NCBI GenBank assembly: GCA_963719515.1
Contig: CAVRCJ010000010.1
Span: 800,001-864,000 of the forward strand
Reading direction: 5' to 3'
Origin: an uncultured cyanobacterium
Lineage (GTDB): Bacteria > Cyanobacteriota > Cyanobacteriia > CAKZMO01
Length of the DNA: 64,000 bases
This document shows, piece after piece, positions 31,901 through 42,095 of the stretch (positions within the stretch are counted from its first letter, which is position 1; every line of letters starts with the position of its first letter). The translations under genes were made by a program, and so were the position numbers. The notes below the pieces were generated by a model. That model saw nothing but the letters and a program-made list of their open reading frames with translations, was not told the DNA's origin and did no database searches.

Positions 31901-33838
31901 CATCCGAATACGGGCGAAACCTTCCCAGAGCTGCGCAGCGGCCCAATCATGGACATCCTGGTCGACCAAAATCAGGAAGTGGTGCCGGGGCTAGAGGGCA
32001 GCTTCCGGGAGTACGCCCTCTTCTTCACCGATCGCACTACGACGGCAAACGTTACGCCCAATCTATCGGAACCGCTAACCGACCTAGAGGACTGTACAAA
32101 CATTGCGCAGTGCGGTCAGCGGCGCAGCAGCAGCGGCACCATCAACCTGCGGGCAGAACCGCTAGATGCGTCTACTCTTCGCGGGTCGGGTGAGAAACAT
32201 CTCATGCTCAGCAGTATGCCGTACGGCGATCCGCGGACGCCGGTACTGCGGTCGTACAAGGGCGATCCGCTCATGTTCCGACTGCTGACCACAGCGACGG
32301 AAGAAGTTCACCCCTTCCATATCACGGGCCACCACTTCCGCTGGGAGCGCTTCCAGGAAGATTCGCCACCCCTGTCGACCTTTGGGGTCGGTATCTCAGA
32401 GCGCTTTAACGCCTTTATTGAGGCAGCTGGCGGCGCGGCGAGCAAGGCGGGCGACTACCTCTACCAGAACGGCACCCACCGCCACTTTATGGATGGCAAC
32501 TGGGGCATTCTGCGGGTGCTTGACCAGGAGCAGTCCGATCTGATGCCGCTGCCCGGACATCCGGTTGCGTCGGCGGGGTCGGCTGGGTCGGCGTCAGTCA
32601 TGAACCGTCTCGGTTTGAATAGCGCTGGCAATCCTGGCCCTGCTGGCGGTGTTTGCCCCGCTAACGCCAAGCTGCGGCAGTTCCAGGTCTCGGCGATCGC
32701 CAAACCGTTCCTGTTCAACGATCAGCGCGCCACTTCATCTACAAATACTGACTTGGCCGGCTTTACCTATGTTCTAGATAAAGACCTGGTTCTAGATGCA
32801 GCGGGGACTGTGACCGAAATTCTAGATCGAGAGGAGAACGCTGTCGCAATCGAACAGAGAGCGACGCTCGATCCGCTCGTCCTGCGGGCGAACGCTGGCG
32901 ACTGCATCGAGGTGACGTTGACCAACCGCTTGAACAGCAGTCAGGGACATGCGTCCTTCCATATCGATCTGGTATCCACCGATCCTCAAAACTCGCTGGG
33001 TATCAATGTGGGCAACAACCCCGAGCAGACCGTCGCGCCGGGGGGCAGCCGCACCTACACTTACTACGCCGAGAAAGAGCTCGGGGCGGCGCTGATTCGT
33101 GACTATGGCGACCCGATTGACCACGCCCGCAAGGGACTCTACGGGGCGCTGATTGTGGAACCCGCTGGCTCCACTTATCTCGATCCCCATACCGGAGATG
33201 CCCTCGAAAGCGGGGTTGAAGCCATTATCTCGACGCCCGATCAGCCCGACTTCCGGGAGTTTGTCGCCCTCTTCCACGACGCTGACCCCGTAATGAGCAC
33301 GTTCAGCATGCCCTATGACGGCGAAGTTCGTGAAATGAGCGTGGTCAACTATCGGGCAGAGCCCTTTAGGTCTCGCCTTGAGTCTGGCAATCTCTATCTC
33401 GATGAGACGGCCTATACCAGTGCGGAGCAGATGGAGGCGTCTCAGAGCGTCTTCTCGGGTGACCCCGAAAGGCAAGACCCGATCACGAACGTGTTTGAAG
33501 CCTATGCCGGAGATCCGGTCCGCTTCCGCGTTCTCAGCGCCTTCAGCGAACAGCCGCAAATGTTCTCGGTCGAAGGGCACCTGTGGCCGTTGACGCCGGG
33601 TATCGAAGGGTCTACTAACGTCAGCGCCCGCTACCTGCCCTCGTCCGGCATCCTCAATGCCCACCTGAAGGGCGGCGGCGATGAGGCTGGCGGCGCAGGT
33701 GGCCCTCAGGCGCGTCCCGGCGACTATTTCTGGGGGAACGATCGCATGCCGTTCTTGAAGATCGGTCAGTGGGGACTGATGCGCGTCCACGACAAGGATG
33801 CCGAAGCCGGCATTCAACCCTTACCGGATGCCGACTAG
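28910..33838 (+). CDS. Very large multicopper oxidase, six-domain MnxG/ceruloplasmin-like, N-terminal membrane anchor
   Basis: FHVHG, HVPHLHG, FHCHVASHYVSGM (T1 site), IHIHFV, FHDH, HPFHITGH; three 'IRANxGDC...GALIxEP' repeats. Confidence 0.88.
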   Translation: MEKERKSRRRQGAIRGGILGLIVIACIGVLTLMFSGATQAGGLSNDQSLLERSMMAAVANGDQSPGQQSDDPYNTPATPLQKRFEQQVEAETGFSIKGHQQTEGPILAQLPEAPAIAHEPQRCPASAPVKQYDVLAINVKMVLNRWGDRDPRGHMYVLRDRENEVRNQEVASEELPNRPFDLSLGLGDDPIQPLTIRANVGDCVRVSFENKLEKPKGNRNGAPASFHVHGADWILASTGEPALASDSDAYALPGETVDYEWYIDDRYYTEKTFRVQSHGPKGRYQVSHGLFGGLIVEPVGSQYFDPRTGENLCETKGDAVWCRNSWDAMIDPGDGSSDFREFGMFYHEIGNAGYLPRTKDGKLNPFIDAITESYQPNGRAINYRSEAFYRRLGEAEVMAKLFDIEPDSPLQEGPDQAYDYRDPAAEPVWRKIELGIKGDLKGFADEAEAYGTYSFGEPATPVPQTYIGDPIKFRIVHGGSETFHVPHLHGGGIQWQRQQDVGKSVTNVDYTPVDEGLKKEFTSRMPSSGNDSQSIGPSETYDFEVSCGSGGCQQTVGDFLFHCHVASHYVSGMWHFWRVYNTLQDQPHKSDGLAVLAELPDRQNRVQSAVNSLDLIGKEVDFAGETLTVDNNALKTLVEMQLPPKGEPKTWQDASVFNWDSEEQFDGRLLYKNEPESYHVWQNFQAQAPGDRPDILFDPLTGKLAYPLLRPHFAKRPPFAPNHGPAPFLEPRVASNGEPAEPGTNGKLSLCPANAPRRVYKVHAIQTPIRVTDEVVDDKGMLFVVKEHEDQVRNEDFESGSVPNSEKSFKVPLAIRANQGDCVDLILVNELEQTGELAGLSKTNIHIHFVQFDTQASDGVITGSSYEQAPRPFKDSGMSAEITGSASAGDTELQVDDVKLFSPGTTVAVGVDQDTDKFETAAIASVNAESSILTFKNPLQHDHSTNEKVTNEFVRYRWYVARQNGAIYFHDHVDALKRWGHGLFGALIAEPRGSQWRHPNTGETFPELRSGPIMDILVDQNQEVVPGLEGSFREYALFFTDRTTTANVTPNLSEPLTDLEDCTNIAQCGQRRSSSGTINLRAEPLDASTLRGSGEKHLMLSSMPYGDPRTPVLRSYKGDPLMFRLLTTATEEVHPFHITGHHFRWERFQEDSPPLSTFGVGISERFNAFIEAAGGAASKAGDYLYQNGTHRHFMDGNWGILRVLDQEQSDLMPLPGHPVASAGSAGSASVMNRLGLNSAGNPGPAGGVCPANAKLRQFQVSAIAKPFLFNDQRATSSTNTDLAGFTYVLDKDLVLDAAGTVTEILDREENAVAIEQRATLDPLVLRANAGDCIEVTLTNRLNSSQGHASFHIDLVSTDPQNSLGINVGNNPEQTVAPGGSRTYTYYAEKELGAALIRDYGDPIDHARKGLYGALIVEPAGSTYLDPHTGDALESGVEAIISTPDQPDFREFVALFHDADPVMSTFSMPYDGEVREMSVVNYRAEPFRSRLESGNLYLDETAYTSAEQMEASQSVFSGDPERQDPITNVFEAYAGDPVRFRVLSAFSEQPQMFSVEGHLWPLTPGIEGSTNVSARYLPSSGILNAHLKGGGDEAGGAGGPQARPGDYFWGNDRMPFLKIGQWGLMRVHDKDAEAGIQPLPDAD

Positions 33839-33858
33839 GGCTACCCAGCGATCGCCAG

Positions 33859-33972
33859 ATAGGGCGCATCCTGTTGTACGCCCTACCTGGCCTCTGTTTC
33901 CCAAAAAACAAAATTGGCGTTGCTGATGTAGGGGATGCATTTTGTAGGGACAGGGCAGTGCCCTGTCCCTAC
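33859..33972. repeat. GTAG-type REP palindromes
   Basis: Perfect GTAGGGACAGGGCA-G-TGCCCTGTCCCTAC at 33944-33972; degenerate TAGGGCG...CGCCCTAC at 33860-33886. Confidence 0.75.
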
Positions 33973-34025
33973 GCCTCGCCTGAACGACTAAACCAACCGC
34001 TTACCAACCGACATAGGAGTTGAAA

Positions 34026-36302
34026 ATGGCCGACAATATTCTCAACTTGGCAGACTTCGACAAGGTCTACCCTGACTCAGTCGACCCGGTGCTGTCTCAA
34101 GCCTTCGAGAAAGAGACCCGAATTCCCAACACCCATACCGTTGATGAAAACGGTGACGAACTCACGCCGGCTTTGCACGCGTCAAAGTTGGTTACTATTC
34201 CGCTGTCGGGAGCAACTAGTTTGCTGGGGCACCGCATTACCCACCCCATCGTCGACTCTCCCTTGGTAGACCTTGAGGAAGCCTTTACTCGCCTGCGGAT
34301 GGCGGCGCAGGCGGCGGGTGATTCTCCTTTAGCCGATACCAGCGCAGCGCAAGACGCGAAAGATATTTTACTGGGGCGTACTAAAGGCCGCTATTACGAC
34401 GGCTTCGCGCTGCTGAACTACAACGCGGCACCTGAGCTGCCCAATGGACAGCTGACCCCCGACCATACTCCCAACGAATATAAAATGAAGCCGCTGACGC
34501 GGACAGGGCGCAAGCAGGTGAGCCCAATTGACGGGGTCAATCGAGAGATTTGGCAGGTGACAATCAACATGCTCTGGTATAACCAGAACTTCGACTCCGA
34601 CTGCTTCCTCCTGAGGTATCCGGAAGATGCCCATCCCAATGATACCTTCGAGATCAAATGGCGGATTTACTCCCTCATCCAAGAGGATCTAGCCCCCACT
34701 ACAATCGTCAATGATGCCGCAGGGCGCATTTTCCACGGCTTCGACAGTACGTTTCTCTCAATGTTTCAAGGGCACCTGAACGAAATTACCGTCAGTTATC
34801 CGTCTCTGCGAAACATGCGCCGACTCTACAACTGGGGCTGGGGCGTACATCCCCCGCGCATTCAGTTTATTCAACCCGTCTTTCGCAAGGTGCGAGACGA
34901 CGACGGCAACCCTGAGGGGGTAGTGTGCGAAAACAATGGCAAGTGCATTGTGCTCGAAGATCCCGATAAAAACCCTGAAAGCCTGACCTGCGAGCTAAAC
35001 AGCGAGGGGCAACAGGTGGGCTGGGAGCCAATATCATATTCTTGGGTGAAGCGCCTGCGCGACCTAAAGCTTGAGGATATTGGTGATGCCGCGCCGGAGA
35101 AGAAGGCGTATACAGTTGCCCAAGCGGCCCTTGACGGCGCAACGGGAACCGATCTCTTGATCATGCTGCATGACCCCGGCACTGGATCTCCCGAAATCTT
35201 GCGAAGTTGGGTAAACCTGGCGCGGGATCAAAATCAGCTACCGGATGAAGCCTGGAACAGGATCAAGGATGAACCTGACGTTGATCCTATTAGCGGCGCA
35301 ATTGGCCCCTATGACGTCGTCGTTGTCTATATGAACAACGAAATGTATGGGATTACGGCAGCCGGAACCAGCGTTGGCGGACTCAAGACGATCAAAGATT
35401 TTGAGCAGGGCGACATCGTTAAGGTGAAAGTCATCAACCTAGATAACCACACCCACTACTATCGCAACGTCGATTTTGGGGCGCGGTTTGTGAAGGCGAT
35501 CGCCGAAGTCTACGGTAACGGCAAGTTCAGCTTTGAAAAGTTCGACTCCAAACCGACCTACGGCATTCCCAAAGTTGCTGAGATGCAGTGGCGGACCGGC
35601 TGGGGCTACGTGCCTCATCGAGGCGTTCTTCAGCACAGTACCCTTTTCTCCCGCAACATCGACCGCAGTCGCCTTAGTCCCTTCACCGATCAGTTCGGTC
35701 AGACTAAATACGGCTACCAGTTCGCCGCACCCACGGTCAACAGCTACTTTCGGTTTAATCCGCCCGAAAAGATTCGCGCGGGGCACGGACACCCAATGAG
35801 CAGTCAACCGGGTCCTGATCCAATTAGCGAAATCAAACATACTGACTTCGGCCCAGGAGAGCCGCTCATGGATGACGGCGCGGAGGGGGTCAAAGTCGGA
35901 CGGGATACAGAAGGTTTTGGCGTCGCCAAGATGCCACAAGAAGGACCTTTTTGTCATCCCAATCCCAAAACGAGGCAGAAGCTAAGAGAAGAAGTAGAAG
36001 AATATCCAGGCTTTCTTCAGAATGACTGCGATGCCGCAGGCGGCGACATTATTCCACCCACGCCCGACTGGGGGCCCTTCCTGGTGCTGCATCCTGAAAC
36101 CGGCTGCCTAGAAGATCCAGCGGGTGGATTTTGGGTTGACAAAACCTACTTCCACGGACGGCCAGTGCCGGCGAACTGCAGCATTGACGTCAATGTGGAA
36201 CTGCCCCGCGCCACCGCCCAGCTGTTCTACCAGTTTGATCCGCTCTTCCACGACAACGCCATCTTCTCGTTCCATCCCCAGACGGATGCCGCCCGCAGTT
36301 GA
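34026..36302 (+). CDS. Large hypothetical protein (758 aa) of unrecognised family
   Basis: Long ORF, SD AGGAG at 34015-34019; motifs YNWGWGVHPPR and YQFDPLFHDNAIFSFHP. Confidence 0.85.
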   Translation: MADNILNLADFDKVYPDSVDPVLSQAFEKETRIPNTHTVDENGDELTPALHASKLVTIPLSGATSLLGHRITHPIVDSPLVDLEEAFTRLRMAAQAAGDSPLADTSAAQDAKDILLGRTKGRYYDGFALLNYNAAPELPNGQLTPDHTPNEYKMKPLTRTGRKQVSPIDGVNREIWQVTINMLWYNQNFDSDCFLLRYPEDAHPNDTFEIKWRIYSLIQEDLAPTTIVNDAAGRIFHGFDSTFLSMFQGHLNEITVSYPSLRNMRRLYNWGWGVHPPRIQFIQPVFRKVRDDDGNPEGVVCENNGKCIVLEDPDKNPESLTCELNSEGQQVGWEPISYSWVKRLRDLKLEDIGDAAPEKKAYTVAQAALDGATGTDLLIMLHDPGTGSPEILRSWVNLARDQNQLPDEAWNRIKDEPDVDPISGAIGPYDVVVVYMNNEMYGITAAGTSVGGLKTIKDFEQGDIVKVKVINLDNHTHYYRNVDFGARFVKAIAEVYGNGKFSFEKFDSKPTYGIPKVAEMQWRTGWGYVPHRGVLQHSTLFSRNIDRSRLSPFTDQFGQTKYGYQFAAPTVNSYFRFNPPEKIRAGHGHPMSSQPGPDPISEIKHTDFGPGEPLMDDGAEGVKVGRDTEGFGVAKMPQEGPFCHPNPKTRQKLREEVEEYPGFLQNDCDAAGGDIIPPTPDWGPFLVLHPETGCLEDPAGGFWVDKTYFHGRPVPANCSIDVNVELPRATAQLFYQFDPLFHDNAIFSFHPQTDAARS

Positions 36303-36535
36303 CCGCATCGCTAACTGCTGCAGTCTTATCCAGCAGCCTTTGGAGTCTATTCGGCGATCAGCTGGTCCTTATGAGAGATGAACGACAGCTGATCTCAACC
36401 TATATTAAGAACTGTATAGCTTTGCATTGACGCGCTGTGGGCAAGCGTCGACAGCACCGTTTTTGCTGGCTAGCGGCTGTCGCTCAGCCGCCACCGCCAT
36501 CCCGAAGGGCGGCGGCCCCTTCTCTTAATCTGAAT

Positions 36536-37300
36536 ATGACTTCTACCCCCTCTCTCTTGCCAGCGCCGTCTCTCCTTCCTCATCGAACCTTGGTCTCCCT
36601 ACTAGGCGTCTCTCTCTCTTTAGGAATTTTGGCCGCCTGGTTCGCTAGCGCTACCGCCCTCTTTTCCCTCGACTACGCCGCCCACAGCTGGCGTTGGATA
36701 GCCGCCGCCATTGTAGGCCACGGGTTCCTTTACACCGGGCTATTCATCGTCACCCACGACGCTATGCATGGTTCGGTTTGCCCTAGCTCGCCCCGCCTCA
36801 ACCACGCTATTGGCGCGATCGCCTCTTACGCCTACGCCCTGTTCCCCTACCACGTCCTCCGGGAAAAGCACCATATTCACCACCAGCATCCCACCGAACC
36901 CCAAGACCCGGACTTCCACGAAGGGCGCTTCGGCATTGTGTCGTGGTACTTCAGCTTTATCCAGCAATATTGGGGTTGGGGACAGTTCTGGGGCATTTCG
37001 CTCATCGTCTATCCTCTGATGTGGTTTTGCCACGTTTCTCCTGTTAACCTCCTACTATTTTGGATTTGCCCTTTCGTAATCAGCTCACTACAGCTGTTTT
37101 TCTTTGGCACTTACTTACCCCACCGTCGGGGGCAGGGCTACCCCAGCCGCTACTGTGCCAGAAGCCTGCCCTTGCCCTGGCTGCTTTCCCTCGGGGCCTG
37201 CTACCACTTTGGCTATCACGAAGAGCATCACCGGTATCCTCAAGCGCCCTGGTGGTGGCTGCCCACGGTTTATACGAAGCTCAAGCATCAGACTAGGTAG
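36536..37300 (+). CDS. crtW: Beta-carotene ketolase (fatty acid desaturase superfamily)
   Basis: GLFIVTHDAMHG, KHHIHH, DPDFH, FGTYLPHR, CYHFGYHEEHH. Confidence 0.9.
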   Translation: MTSTPSLLPAPSLLPHRTLVSLLGVSLSLGILAAWFASATALFSLDYAAHSWRWIAAAIVGHGFLYTGLFIVTHDAMHGSVCPSSPRLNHAIGAIASYAYALFPYHVLREKHHIHHQHPTEPQDPDFHEGRFGIVSWYFSFIQQYWGWGQFWGISLIVYPLMWFCHVSPVNLLLFWICPFVISSLQLFFFGTYLPHRRGQGYPSRYCARSLPLPWLLSLGACYHFGYHEEHHRYPQAPWWWLPTVYTKLKHQTR

Positions 37301-37359
37301 GGACTGGGCACAGAATTTCCCAATTTGTGCAGGTGAGTCGCTATAGTTGGAGTAGGAAG

Positions 37360-37386
37360 TTAGCACTCACCTGATTAGAGTGCTAG
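37360..37386 (+). promoter_or_regulatory. CIRCE element (HrcA operator)
   Basis: TTAGCACTC-ACCTGATTA-GAGTGCTAG, one mismatch to consensus, 33 nt before groEL. Confidence 0.95.
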
Positions 37387-39096
<1,710 letters not shown>

Positions 39097-39143
39097 CCCT
39101 GGGCACTCGTTGCTAAAGCGTCAATGCTTGGCGTTAATTTGTG

Positions 39144-39175
39144 AGCGGTCTTCAATAAACGAAGGCCGCTTTTTT
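39144..39175 (+). terminator. Rho-independent terminator after groEL
   Basis: AGCGGTCTTC / GAAGGCCGCT stem followed by a T tract. Confidence 0.8.
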
Positions 39176-39231
39176 GCTGTATTGGGCTTGCTGTATTGAA
39201 TTCGCTGTATTGGGCTTGCTGTATTAGGTCT
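39176..39231. repeat. Four tandem 14-bp units, consensus GCTGTATTGGGCTT
   Basis: Units start at 39176, 39190, 39204 and 39218. Confidence 0.85.
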
Positions 39232-39437
39232 TTTATACCGGGCTTACGGTATTGAGTAAAATCCAAAACGATTCGTTTGCAGCTGCTTTGGGGCACCCAT
39301 TCCTACAGCGATCGCCCGTGACCTCGCTCAACCGTATGTAAGACACCCCAGCTTGATAAGGGCCGAGCGACAACACTGCGGTGTAAACGTTAGAATTCTA
39401 CATAGTTGCCATATTCATTTTGTAAGGAGAGAGTCTC

Positions 39438-39941
39438 ATGTTCGAGAACTTACTTCCTCCGTTAAATAGCCACAACCTGCCCTACCCGGATACTATTCAT
39501 CCCATTGTGGTTCACTTTGTCATTGCGATGGTTTTGTTTGCCATCCTTTGCGACGGAATTGGATACTTCACCAAGAATACCCGTCTGCACGAAGTGGGCT
39601 GGTGGAATATGGTGTTTGCGACGGTTTCTATCTTTATCGCCATATTGTTTGGCCAAGTCGAGGCGGGGCTAGCTACGCCCTATGCCGCAGCTGCCGGCGC
39701 CCTCAATTTGCACACTCTCATTGGCTGGTCGCTGTCCGCCATTTTGGCGCTGATTACCGGCTGGCGCTACATTATCCGCCTCAAGACGCCCGGCTCCTTG
39801 CCTACGGCATATATGGGCGTGAATGCGGCTTTACTCGCGCTGGTGCTCTTTCAGACCTACCTTGGCGACAAGCTGGTATGGGTCTACGGCCTGCATACCG
39901 AGGCCGTTGTTGAAGCAGCGCGAGGGGGGCTATTGCGGTAA
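39438..39941 (+). CDS. DUF2231 membrane protein
   Basis: HPIVVHF, HTLIGW, GDKLVWVYGLH; SD AAGGAG. Confidence 0.85.
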   Translation: MFENLLPPLNSHNLPYPDTIHPIVVHFVIAMVLFAILCDGIGYFTKNTRLHEVGWWNMVFATVSIFIAILFGQVEAGLATPYAAAAGALNLHTLIGWSLSAILALITGWRYIIRLKTPGSLPTAYMGVNAALLALVLFQTYLGDKLVWVYGLHTEAVVEAARGGLLR

Positions 39942-40621
39942 TGGCAGGATTTCCTTTAGGGTCTAGCGCTTTTTTGATCCTCGGCGCAGAAGGCAATGGG
40001 CTGCCCTACGTTGTGCCTATTCACCCCAACCTAGTGCATCTGACGCTAGGGCTATTTATTGTGGCGATCGCCTTCGACATTGTCGCCGCCCTCTACCCGC
40101 TAGAAAAGCCGATCTTCAAGTTCTTGGCCATTCCCGCCACCGTCTCCGGGCTGTACGACGTGGGATGGTTCAACATGGTTGCCGCCTCAATCATCACCTT
40201 TTTCACGGTCGCGGCTGGGTTCTATGAAATTCTGCTGGCGGAACCCTCTAGCGACGTGGTCAGCCCCTGGGGTCTCAACGCCACCAACACCATGGTTTGG
40301 CACGGCCTCGGCGGCGTCCTGCTGCTAGGCCTGATTGTCGGAATGACGGTCTGGCGAGGGTTTCAGCGTTATCTGTGGCGAGAGGACCGGGCGCGGCAGG
40401 TGCAGTGGAGCTATCTGGTGGCCGGGCTTGCCATCTTCGGCCTCATGTTTGCCCAAGGAACGCTGGGCGCTCACCTGGGCGCTGATTTTGGGGTTCACGT
40501 AACGGCAGATCGGCTAATTCGGGCGGGAATTAACCCAAATGAGCAGATCAACGCGCCGCTGAGTGACGCCTTGAATGAGCCGCCTGTGGTGGGAAATAGG
40601 GAATTTGGCCCTGAGGATTAA
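39941..40621 (+). CDS. DUF2231 membrane protein (second paralogue)
   Basis: HPNLVHL, WHGLGG, GAHLGADFGVH. Confidence 0.85.
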   Translation: MAGFPLGSSAFLILGAEGNGLPYVVPIHPNLVHLTLGLFIVAIAFDIVAALYPLEKPIFKFLAIPATVSGLYDVGWFNMVAASIITFFTVAAGFYEILLAEPSSDVVSPWGLNATNTMVWHGLGGVLLLGLIVGMTVWRGFQRYLWREDRARQVQWSYLVAGLAIFGLMFAQGTLGAHLGADFGVHVTADRLIRAGINPNEQINAPLSDALNEPPVVGNREFGPED

Positions 40622-40691
40622 TTTTGAGAATTGTACGGAAAGCCCTCACCCCCATCCTCTCTCCCAGCATGTATTTGTTTAGCGCAGCCTT

Positions 40692-41009
40692 GGCCCTCTC
40701 CCCCGGACCCTTTCCCAAGGATTGGTAGAGGGGAGTCTGGTCCCCTTCCCTCAGAATTGATACCGCTGGCGAAATATTTCGTAACGGTGTTTAGCATCCT
40801 GGAGGCCCCCTCCGCCCTCAATCCTGGGGGAACCAGAAAAATGCCAGACCTCTTGCTATTAAATGCTTTCAAGAATTCTGACTTCGAATCTTGCTCCCCC
40901 AAACTTGGGGGCTGGGGGGCCTCTTTAAGGGGTGAAACAGCACGAATGTTACAAGGTATGAAATTCGCCAGCGGTATCAGAATTAGGGGAAGGGCTAGGG
41001 ATGGGGGCC
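40692..41009. mobile_element. Nested miniature elements: 220-bp MITE (40759-40978) inside a palindromic repeat, itself containing a 122-bp repeat
   Basis: Perfect 15-bp TIR GATACCGCTGGCGAA, flanking AGAATT duplication, inner IR GAGGCCCCC / GGGGGCCTC (40802-40923). Confidence 0.8.
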
Positions 41010-41117
41010 TTCCAAAACGCTAGACATGCACCCTAGTACTGCCATATTTCTACAAAGTGCAGACCCCGGATCAACAACGCCACACATTCAGCCCAAACAC
41101 TCCACATCAAGAGGCAA

Positions 41118-42095
41118 GTGAACACTGATAACGATAGAACTAGGGATCTAGGCCGGGTACTGGATCGACGCAGGATTATTCGCTTATCGATACTGGCGAT
41201 CGCCAACCTGCTTATCAGTCTCTGGATGGGACAGCAGGCCTACAGCTGGATGCCGCTGCAGGCCTCCGCCGAGGCCGTGCTGGTAGACAAGCTATTTAGC
41301 TTTATGACCGCCGTAGGCTGCTTTATCTTCCTTGGGGTAATCGGCACACTGCTGTATTCCATGCTGTTTCAGCGCGCAGCCAAATACGATGCCAGCGATG
41401 GTCCTCCCATTGAAGGCAACGTCAAGCTAGAGATCATCTGGACCGTCGTTCCCATCATCCTGGTGATCTGGATAGGTACGGTGAGCTACCGGACCTACGA
41501 CCAGATGAGCCTTCTCGAGCCGTTCGCCCCCAAAGAGGTGAGCTCTGTGGGCACCGTGCCCCTCGACTCCACCAAAAAAGTGGATACGGGCGTTGAAGCG
41601 ACTCTCGATTCACCCCCGATTGAAGTGTTGTCCCGGCAGTGGTCTTGGGAGTTTCGCTACCCCCAGCAGGACGTTAGCAGTACGGAGCTGCACCTGCCGG
41701 TGAATCAGCGCGCCCAGCTAAAGCTGACGTCGGAGGACGTGCTGCACGGCTTCTATGTCCCGGCGTTTCGAGTGAAGCAAGACATCATTCCGGGCCAGGA
41801 GATCGACTTCTCGTTTACGCCAATTTTAGAAGGGCGCTACCGCCTGCGGGATTCAGCGTACAGCGGCACCTATTTTGCCGCCAATCAGACCAACGTCGTG
41901 GTGGAATCGGAAGCGGCCTACCAGCAGTGGCTGGCCACCGCCGCCGCAACCTCACCCACACCGGCTGAAAACGTTGCCTACCAAGAGTTTAGCCGCTCCG
42001 CTGGCGGACCCATTAGCTTAGGCTGGGCCACCGTCAGGCCCGCCCCCGCCCCTATAGTCAACCACACTAGCTCAGAACAGGACTCCTATGAGTAA
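41118..42095 (+). CDS. ctaC: Heme-copper oxidase subunit II, ARTO-like, lacking CuA cysteines
   Basis: LEIIWT, QWSWEFRY, DVLHGF; DSAYSGTYFAAN replaces CxExCxxxHxxM. Confidence 0.88.
   Translation: MNTDNDRTRDLGRVLDRRRIIRLSILAIANLLISLWMGQQAYSWMPLQASAEAVLVDKLFSFMTAVGCFIFLGVIGTLLYSMLFQRAAKYDASDGPPIEGNVKLEIIWTVVPIILVIWIGTVSYRTYDQMSLLEPFAPKEVSSVGTVPLDSTKKVDTGVEATLDSPPIEVLSRQWSWEFRYPQQDVSSTELHLPVNQRAQLKLTSEDVLHGFYVPAFRVKQDIIPGQEIDFSFTPILEGRYRLRDSAYSGTYFAANQTNVVVESEAAYQQWLATAAATSPTPAENVAYQEFSRSAGGPISLGWATVRPAPAPIVNHTSSEQDSYE

Noticed and set aside
32822..33817. 331-aa antisense ORF and the many other overlapping ORFs in the track
   Set aside because: Shadow frames of GC-rich coding genes with no recognisable motifs
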